DNA from: Blastocladiella emersonii ATCC 22665
Taxonomy: Eukaryota; Fungi; Blastocladiomycota
DNA: 64,000 bases
Direction of reading: 5' to 3'
Assembly: GCA_025594325.1 (NCBI GenBank)
Contig: JANHCV010000016.1
Location: forward strand, 372,001-436,000
The notes under the pieces were generated by a model. That model saw only the letters and a program-made list of their open reading frames with translations, was not told where the DNA came from and made no database searches. This document shows, piece by piece, positions 23,604 to 32,614 of this stretch. Position 1 is the stretch's first letter; every line of letters starts with the position of its first letter. Made by a program: the position numbers and the translations under genes.

Positions 23604-24218
23604 TCGCCCGACCGGCCCGAGCCCGTGCGGATCAACCCGTACAGCGGCGAGAGCTTCGCCATGACGGTGAAGCCTGAGTACGAGTACGGGTTCGGCCGCG
23701 AACGCGGCAGCAGCATGTCGTTTGACAACCCGCCGCCCGCGAAGCCTGCGCCTCCACGGCCCCGTATCGACCGAAAATGCTGCTTCGGCTGCATGGACAT
23801 CAAGGCGGGCGTGATCCTCCTGCTCATCCTGAATCTCTTCGTCGGCCTGCTCCTGTTCTGCGCGCTCATCGTCTTCGGCGCGCTGTTCACCAAGGACACG
23901 AGGATCGACTCGGTCTACCTCGTCGCGTACATCGGGATCCTGGCGTGGGGCGCGTGGACGGTCGGCCGCGGCCACCTCGCCGGGTTCCGGTTCTTTGTCG
24001 GTGCCCGAGTCGGCATCACGCTGCTCGAGCTCGCCGCCATGATCGCGCCCGTCATCTTCTGGCCGGCTAACCCGGACCGCGACGACACTTCGCTGCTCCA
24101 GATGATTCCCGTCAACGCATTCGAGGTGTTCATGACCGTCGTATGCTGGCGGTACATTCCCGTCATGGCCGCCGAGTCCGAGGCCAGGGCGGCAGCAGCA
24201 GCGGCCCGGCTCCCCTAG
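23562..24218 (+). CDS. Four-TM membrane protein with CCxxC juxtamembrane motif (LAPTM/tetraspanin-like topology)
   Basis: KCCFGCMDIKAG followed by four hydrophobic segments; SN-repeat N-terminus from an AACAGC repeat; intronless. Confidence 0.75.
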
Positions 24219-24550
24219 TACATGATTGCATCAAGATAAATAGCGTTTTCATTCACCCCAGGGTGCGTGCGACCGCGGGCCGCGTCGACCTCGCCAAGCG
24301 CGCGGCGCGGGGCGAGGGAGGGCCACGAGGAGCAGCGATCCCACGGCTAGGGGAGGGGACGCCAGCGGCCCAGACGTGACAGGAAGAGCAGGAGTGGGTT
24401 GGGCGGGAAGCGAAGACAAACGTGTGGTAGACGGTGGCGGTCACAAGGGAGCGAGCATCGGCCGAGGGGCGACCGCGGAGAAGAGGGAAGGATGGTGGCG
24501 CAGGTCGTCACGTGGGCCGCTGGATGACGTGAAGGCGAGGAGGGAAGTGG

Positions 24551-24600
24551 CGCGGCGCCACAGCGTGCGGCGGGGCACCGACAACCGCTGTGGCGCCGCG
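24551..24600. promoter_or_regulatory. 15-bp perfect inverted repeat with 20-nt loop about 85 bp upstream of the micro-ORF ATG (right copy)
   Basis: 24551-24565 CGCGGCGCCACAGCG pairs with 24586-24600 CGCTGTGGCGCCGCG. Confidence 0.4.
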
Positions 24601-24683
24601 CGGCGGACGAGGCGGCTTCTGGGTCGACACACTCTGCTACGCACACTTCCGTTATACCGAACCACATTTCAAACGTCGTCACC

Positions 24684-24851
24684 ATGAAGCACTTCTACAT
24701 TCTTGCTCTCATCGCCATGGCCATGGTGGCCCGCGCTGCGCCCACCGACAAGACCGACGAGGCGCCCGTCCAGTTCGAGGCGAACCTCGCCTTCGCGTCG
24801 CCGTTCCTCAACGTGCCCGAGCTCGCCCTCCCGCAGCCGCAGGCGCCCTGA
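24684..24851 (+). CDS. 55-aa secreted micro-ORF, signal peptide plus PhoD pro-segment (right copy)
   Basis: Same sequence as 13072-13239; ATG 24684, TGA 24849-24851. Confidence 0.6.
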   Translation: MKHFYILALIAMAMVARAAPTDKTDEAPVQFEANLAFASPFLNVPELALPQPQAP

Positions 24852-24929
24852 GCCCGACAAGCACGCCGCCGCCGCTCGACCAAGGACACCACCCAAGTGT
24901 GTGTTGTCAATCAACGATGAATCTAAGAT

Positions 24930-27900
24930 CTACGTTCTGCGCACACTGTGCAACCCCGCGGGCGCATCCGCCGCTGCCGCGCCCATGTGCCGTCTGATCC
25001 CCTGCGAGATACCGCGCAGGTACTGCTTGAGCGGCTTCTGGCGGTTGATGACGGCCTGCGGCACCATGAGCAGCAGCAGGCAGTTCTGCTTGATGTCCTC
25101 GCGCATGCGCTGCTGGAACCGAAAGAGGCCGTAGTGCACGACGACCACGAGGAAGATGACGGCAACGTGCACGTTGAGGTTGATGGCGCCGTCCGCCTGC
25201 GACGCCGCGTCGATATCGCCCAGGTGCCGCTCCAGCAGCAGCCGCGTCCCGAGATCCAGGTCGCCCTGCACACTCCCGAGAAACGCCGCCAGCGCCGCGT
25301 GCGTGTTCGCGTCGGGCGCCGACCCGCCGCCGGGCGCGCCCGCGATCGTCTGCACCGCCTGCAGCGCGTCCTCGAGCACGTACGCGTACCCGCGCGACGA
25401 AGCCGTGCCCGCGAGCGACGCGTCAATGTTCGACGTCGCCGTGTACGCGTACGCCGACGTGAGCAGCGCGCGCGTCGGCGCCGGGTCATCGTACCGCGAC
25501 ACGAGCGAGTTGATCTGTCGCAGCGCGACGCGCAGGTCGTGCACCTGCGTGTTGAGCGTCGCTGCGCGCTGCGTCCAGTTGGTGCCCGGACGCGCAACCT
25601 CGAGGGCGACCGACGCCATGGGGCTACACCGTGACGTGGTGTGAGCTTGAGCGACGAGAGAACGCAAGGGGGAAGGAAACGCACTAAATGGTCGTGTGGA
25701 ACGCAACGGCCGTCTGCATCCCCTGCAGCGAGCACTGGACGCCCTGCTGGACGCGCGCGAGGCGGAACAGGACCAGGACCAGCGACGGGATCATGATCCA
25801 CGCGTACAGCGTCGCGACGATCACGTACGCGCGGTAGTCGGTGCCCGCGACCATGGGCTTGGACGACCTCTTGTCCTTTTCGCTCGGCCGGAAGAACGAC
25901 GCGCGGTGCAGAGGGTTGAACGGCGATCCTGGAACCGCGGCCATGGATCCCGTCACTGCATGCGTCGATGCGGCCGCGGCGGCCGCGGTGTGCGATGCGA
26001 TGGCCTCGGCGCTGTCGCCGTGCTCGTGGCTCGAGTGTGAGAGGGATTGCAACTGCTCGCCCTCGGCGGGACGCGTCTCCTCGCGGTCCTCGTCCTCCCA
26101 GTCGGCGTCGTCGAGCTCGTACACCTGGTACGCGAGATACTGGATGACGTGCCGCGGAATTCCGGTGAGCAGCACAAGCGCCTTGGACCGCTCGCGGTTC
26201 AGGTTGCGGACCTCGGGCCACAGCACGAGGAGGAACACGGCCTACATTGTCGCTCAGTGGTCAGTGTTGAGTCCGGCCTCGAGTCACGCGAAGCGAGGGC
26301 GTACGAGAGCGATGATGGGCAGCGAGAGCGTCGCGATGATGACAGAGTACGTTTCTGCGTTGGAAAAGTTGATGACCACGTTGTCAATCTTGTCCGAGAA
26401 GAAGAAGACGGTCGACAGCAGCTGGTCCTTGTTGGCCGTGAGAAAGTTCCAATGCCGGCTGGCCGTCGGGTCGCCCGTGACGTTGGCCATGGCCGCGCAC
26501 GCCGCCGACATGCGACTGAACACTTGCCACACGTCGGGGATCACTGCCTCGGTCGCCGCCCGCGGGTCCGTGAGCACAAACAGCTTGAGCGACACGTCGA
26601 CAGGCGTGTCGATCTGCAGGGGCTGGTTCGGCCGGGACATGGCGTTGAACGCCGTGCTGAGCTCCGACAGTCGCTGGCCGTACGCAACGAGCTTGCCGCG
26701 TATGTCCTCGGCGCACAGCGGCGACGACGCGAGCGCGGGCGCCGCGGGCACCACCACGTTGCAAAAATACAGCTGCTCCGTCTTCTGCAGGATCGAGCTG
26801 ACGATCGGGACGTGGTCGGCGGCGACGCGTACCATGTTGAAGTCGGGTTTCCCCTTGACGCTGAACACGACGACCACGGCGATGGCCGCGAGCGCCGTCA
26901 CGATGAAGCTGACCCACAGCCGCCGCTGCAGCGCGCCGTGCAGCGGGTTCGTCTTGGAGCTCTTCCACGCGAGGATCAGCCGCGAGTTGCGGTCGCCGCG
27001 CGTCGTCTGGCTCTCCGTGTCGCTGCCCGACACGGACGCGTTGTCGACCACCGACTGCGTCGCGACCGTGTCGTCGTCTGTGTCGTACGCCGAGTTGACG
27101 ATGCGCGGGTTCGCCGGCGTCTCCGACTTGAGCTGCTGCGGCGTCTTGAGCGTGAGCACCTTGGCCCCGGTCGCGGTCGCGGTCGCGCCCGAGTCCATGG
27201 TCCCGGCGCCCATCACGGACGCCGCACCGAGCGACACGGACACGCGGCGCGGACCCGTCGGCGTTGGGCTTGCGCCGCCGTGGAAGACGGGACAGCCGCC
27301 ACCGCCGCCGCCGCTCGCGAGGCCGTCTTCGTCAGGAGGAGCGAGACCGGCGGGATCGCGGACCGAGCGCTGAATCGAGGCCGCCCGAGGTGCGCGAGGA
27401 TCGAGCTCCGACTCGCTGTCCTCGGGGACAGACGGCGGGATGACGCGGGCGCGGGTGACCTGCGGGCTGGTCATCGACTGGCCCGGCGTGACCATGGTGC
27501 TGCTACCCCCGCTGCTCCCGTTCGGGTCCGCGGGGATCGAGTCGCTGGACCGGTGGCTGTGGCTGCGCGACAGAATGTCGGGCACGGACCCGTCCTCGGG
27601 CCGGCGCAGCGCCGTCGTCCACATGGCGCTCGGCGACAGCGACGAGCTGCTCTCGCCGGCGCCGCCGCGGGTCCCGCCGAGGTGCAGGCTGCGGATAATG
27701 TCGGGGCTGACCTTGTACGCGATGGGCCCGTGGACGACGCGGACCATAAAACTCGCCATGCCCGTCTCTGGGTCGGTGCGCGGGCACACCTCGACGTTGA
27801 CAGGAAATGTCGACCCGTCGCGGTGCACCGCGGCCAGCGCCTGCCGCGCGTACCCGCCCGACTCGGGGTGCGTGACGACGCCCTGGATGTGCGTCGCGAG

Positions 27901-30900
27901 CGGCCGGCCGAGCAGCTGCTCAATGTCGACGCCGACCAGCGCGGCAAAGTCGTCGTTGGACTGCGTGATCTTGCCCGCCTCGTCGAGCGTGATGAGGCCC
28001 TCCTTGAGGATCAGGTCTTCGGTCTGCAGCTCGATGCCGTCGTCGAGCTCGCACCCGCTGACCAGCATCGGCAGCAGCGTCTTGTCGCGGCGCAGGACGA
28101 GCGTGTAGAACTGGGTCGTGGGCAGCGACGCCGTGATGGTGTCGAGCAGCGTGCGCAGGTTGGCCTGGTGCGGCGCCTGCGGGACGGGCGGGAACAGGAC
28201 GGCGAGCGAGCGGCCGGGCAGGTCGGGCGTGGCCCACCGCTCCTTGAAGAAGGCGCCCGTGGCCGTGATGTGGCCGGACATGCTGACCTGGATGCGGTTC
28301 TCCTCGCGCGTCTTCTCGGCGCGCGGGTCGTAATTGTCGTTGATGCGGTTAATAGTCGCCTTGTACATCGGCTCGGTCCCGCCAAACGAGCTCGGCACGG
28401 CCTGCACGCGGATCCGCACCGTAAACACGGTGCCGTCGCGGTGCACGGCCGGATAGATGCGGCCCTCGAGCGAGGTCATCATTACGCACGCGCGCGTGCG
28501 CCGGTGCCTGTCGAGATAGCTATCGTGGAACGACCGGTACGGCTCGGGCATCAGCATCTTGACGTTCTTGCCCACGAGCCCGTCGCGCGCCCACCCGAAG
28601 AGGATGTACGTGTCGTCGTTGACTGACTTGATCTCGCCGCTGCCCGTGATGCACACCTCGGCCGTGAGCTGGCGCAGGTCGAGCATCGTGCCCCGAAAAT
28701 ACGTGTCGCCGTTGATGACGAGCTCGTTGACCTCGAGCGACACGGGGATGAACTTGCCCGACTTTTCCTTGGCCATGAGGCAGCGGCCCGTCGTACCGAT
28801 GACGTGCGGCACGCCCGTCTCGAGGAACCGCTGCAGGTACGAGTCGTGGTGCGAGGCGTGGTCCGGCGGCATGATCATGTTTACGTTTTCGCCGACCATC
28901 TGGCTCGACGAGAACCCGAGCATCGTGGTCGCAAACTTGTTGTGCATCTGGATCTTGCCCTCCTTGTTGATGATGATCATGGCCGTCGAGTCGAGGTCGG
29001 CCACGGGCGTGATGAGGCCTGCGAACAGCCGCTGCGCGCCCTTGAGCTCGACGACCTGCAGGTCCATGGGGAATGCGTAGCCCTTGGCGTGCTGCCCGAA
29101 GATCCGCTGCTTCGGACCCATGAAGCGCTTGACACCCGTCTGGCGGTACCGTTCGAGGTAGAAATCGTGGAAGGACCGCCACGGGTGCGGCACGATGAGG
29201 TTGATTTTCCTACACAACGCATGGGCGTGAGTGTCGCGAGCTCGCGAAGTCGGTGGCGGCCATGGTCATGATCACGGCCATGGTGATCACGACCACGGCA
29301 AAGGTCATCGCGAGAGCGTACCGAGACACGAGGCTCAGCTTCGAATCGTAGCCGAACACCTTGAGCGCGCCCGGGTTCACGTCCGTGATGGTGCCGTTCG
29401 CGTCCATGGTGATGACGGCCGACTTGCTGTAGTGCGTGAGCGACGCGCCCGACATGCCGCCGCCACCGCCCTCGCCACCGCCGCCCGACAGGTCGCCGCC
29501 GGATCGCGCGAGCTCCTCCTCGCGGGCGCGCGCCGCCTCGGCCAGGTTCGAGTACGTCGCCGACAGCTCGCTGTCGTTGAGCACGAGCCGCGAGAAATCC
29601 GAGTACGCTTGCAGGATGTGGGCTGCTTTCGGATACTACACGTGCGGTCAGGCTCGCGCTGAGTGACCACGGCCACGGCCAGGAATTCGTGCGAGACGTA
29701 CCCGCGACAGCAGCTGCTTGTAAAACTCGTCGGCGCGGCTCGTGTTGGTCATGATGGCGCGCACCGACGCCTCGAACGCCTTGAACTGCACGCGGCGAGA
29801 CAGGAGCAGCACCCAGAATTGCTGGATCGAGTCGACACACTTGGCGTGGTACCGCTTGGCCTCGGTGTAGCTGCGCTGGAACTCGACGTACTGCAGCAGA
29901 TCGAGCTTATCCATGCCGGCAATCACGTCCTGCGTCGCGGCCTTTTGCTCGTGGTCCATGCTCCGGCAGAAGAGCAGGAACCGCTGCGCGAGCGACGGCT
30001 CGAGCTGCGGGATCCCGTCCCACGACGCCGCGTCCGTCGTCAGCACGGGCACGCGGTCGGGCGTCGCGGCCCGCTCGATCTGCAGCGTGTCGGCAAAGGA
30101 GCAGTACAGCAGGTGCACAGCCGCGTCGTTGGGGTGGATCTGCAGCGCCGCGCGGTACTACGCCTCGGCCGCGTGCCAGGCCGCCGTGCGCTGCAGGATC
30201 CGACCCACGATCTCGACGCAGTTGACGTCGCCGAGCAGCGACATGACGAGCGGGTTGGCGATCAGCCGGCCGTGTGCCGAGTGCGGCGCCTCGTTGAGCA
30301 TCTCGGTCGACGCGTCGAGACGGACCACCGGGCACCCGCCGCCCCCGCCGCCGCCGCTCAGGCGCGTCGCGCCGCCAATGCTGCCACCGATACCGCTCGC
30401 GAGCGCCGCGCCGATCTCGGACGTGAGGTTGGTGCGTGACCCGTGCGCCGTCGACGGCATGCCGCCGTGGTGGTGGCGGCCGCCGGGCCCGCCGCGGTCG
30501 GGACCCGCGGCCATGGCCGCGTCGACCTCGACCTGGACCAGCATCGCGAGCCGCTTGAATGTGGTGATGCGCGCCTTGGCGAGGCGCGACCCGACGAACC
30601 CGGCGGGCAGCAAACCGATGACCATGACGAAATCGATGACGCGGTTTTCGGCGACGTAGTTGGTGGGCGACGCGGCGGATACGAGGCCGCAGAACGACAA
30701 CCAGATGAGCGAGCACGTCAGCGCGCTCTGCCACCGCGTCGCGGACGCGTGGTGGAACGGCAGCGTCGCCAGTAGCTGGTACTCGAGGAACACGGTCATG
30801 GCGAGGTAGCACACGGCCGAGACGACGGGCGGCCACACGCCGTGGCCGAGGTACTCGCCCATGATGACGAACGCGACGGTGAAGACCACCGAGAACATGT

Positions 30901-31193
30901 TGAATATGGGGTTCGAGCACGCCAGGATCTCGTTCTTGGGGTAACGCGGCGTGACGGACGTGAGCGTCGTGGCGAGGAGCAGCGGGACGAGGATCGCCGT
31001 GGCCAGGATGCCCGCGATGGCCGGCGCGAGCGACGTGCTGGGCTGGAAACACGGCGTCGACTTGAACGACACGAGCGTGTTGGTGGCCGGGTGGCACATG
31101 AGCGGGTTCAAGAGGATGCTGACGCTCGACACGACAAAGTACTGCAGCACCAGCGAGATGAGGACGTTGAGCGCCTTGACCGCCCACAGCTGC
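24930..31193 (-). pseudogene. 5'-truncated, nonsense-carrying copy of the PAS sensor gene
   Basis: Lacks the promoter, exon 1 and the first ~180 nt of exon 2; TGG(Trp) at 7763-7765 is TAG here (30158-30160). Confidence 0.85.
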
Positions 31194-32055
31194 CTGAGGT
31201 CTTCATTCATCCTGATGAGTTGAAGGCGGTCACGGTCAAACGCCCTGACATTCTCTCGCCAAGGTTCTACAACCGTGATAAACAGGATGTTCCGCAGGCG
31301 ATGCGGGCCTTCAATGCGGAAGTGCTCAAGGTGCTTCCCAACGCGCCCCACAGCGTGTGCTTTTGGTTGCTCAACGCTTGCCGCATGCTTCACGACTCGG
31401 TCGACGCCCGCGACCCTTCTTTTGCGCAGCGCTACCAAGAGGTCATGCATTTCCGGCGAGTATGGTGCCGCTTGTTTGCAGGACCGCTCACCGCGACTTC
31501 ATCGCCTCCGCAGCACGTTCTGAACTGGCCGGTTAAAATGATCGAGGGCATGTTCTCCATCGCCGAGTCGTTCTTGTCCATGCACGCCGCTTACGCTCGG
31601 GCGAACGTGGGCAAGCTCAACGTTCCTCCCTTAGTGGCGCGAGTGGGCACGAGCGACGCGGACGAGAACTTGTTCTCGGAAATCCGCTTTGCATTGCAGC
31701 AGGACGGGAGGGCGATCAGCAACCGCTTGTCGCACGCAGACATCTCACTTAAGCTCAGCAAGATCTACGCGTTCATGAGTCTCGCCATGGTTTCACACGC
31801 GGAACGAGGATACTTTCATTTCCCCGTCCGTCGCCACAGCACCCGACCAATGCGATGCTTGGTAGCCCGGACAGCCCGTTCCTCCTCGGCCGGACAATCG
31901 ACATGATCGAGCGCACGAGGACAATCCGTGCTGTACGAGCCCTCGCTCATCGCGATGGCGCAGGCCGAGGTCGCGCACGAGCAGGTCGCTCAGCGCTGCC
32001 CGCGCTGCGCCACAAGTCGCTTGATTCCGTCGCGGTTAGTGATACACGTGTATAA
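31181..32055 (+). pseudogene. Headless 3' portion of an unknown gene (gene Y) abutting the outer end of the right arm
   Basis: About 240 open codons (RPQLPEVFIHPDELK...RGYFHF) of globular composition with no start or promoter, since the upstream sequence is the antisense PAS copy; probable intron near 31826-31864; AT-rich 3' end about 32050-32090. Confidence 0.55.
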
Positions 32056-32287
32056 TAATAAAAAGCGACTGGAATTTATTCCACACGACTAAACGCGGGG
32101 AGGTGGGGCGGGGAGGGGAGGGGCGGCGAGTCGACCCGGCGCGAGACGTGAACCGCGAGACACGCGAGACGCGTCGCGCCACGTCGCGCCACGTCACCCA
32201 GAGTGGCAGGTGGCCGGCCGTTTACCCGCTTGACTATCCCGTGACGAAATGATCCCGCGCTGGCGGCCGATGACCTCCACCCCCCTG

Positions 32288-32480
32288 GCGGCGGGGCACC
32301 GACGACCGCTGTGGCGCCGCACGGCGGACGAGGCGGCTTCTGGGTCGACACACGGCCGTCTCCCGTTCGCTCCGCTACGCACGCTCCGTTATACCGAACT
32401 GCCTCTGGCGGCACAGCACGGCGCGGTGCAACGCGACCAACATCTCGCCCAGCATTTCGAATCTCATCACAAGTTGAAGC
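32288..32480 (+). repeat. Third, degenerate copy of the micro-ORF promoter/5'UTR
   Basis: 32288-32353 matches 24567-24632 at 64/66 nt; then GCTACGCAC..CCGTTATACCGAAC and CATTTC..TCAC..TGAAGC blocks; ATG position reads GTTG and no ORF follows. Confidence 0.8.
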
Positions 32481-32614
32481 GAGCGCAAACGTGTTACATA
32501 TTCTTTCCTCTTCATCATCAAGTCGGTTCCACTTCTTCCACTTCATCTTCAAGGCACGCAAATCGAAATTCAAACTAAACTAATCCTAGCCCTCCTTCCC
32601 CACTCGTGGCGAGC

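Larger units (their letters stand above)
24256..31193 (-). repeat. Right arm of the 6938-bp inverted duplication
   Basis: Reverse complement of 6730-13667; identity stops abruptly at ATTCA|CCCCAGGG and CAGCTGC|CTGAGG. Confidence 0.97.

Noticed and set aside
6730-31193. Composite transposon interpretation of the inverted arms
   Set aside because: The arms are host gene sequence; no transposase, terminal inverted repeats or target-site duplication seen.
30158-31450. Chimeric 430-aa ORF giving the right PAS copy a new N-terminus
   Set aside because: Its first ~85 codons are the antisense of the gene Y remnant, and the ORF ends at the nonsense codon; no promoter evidence.
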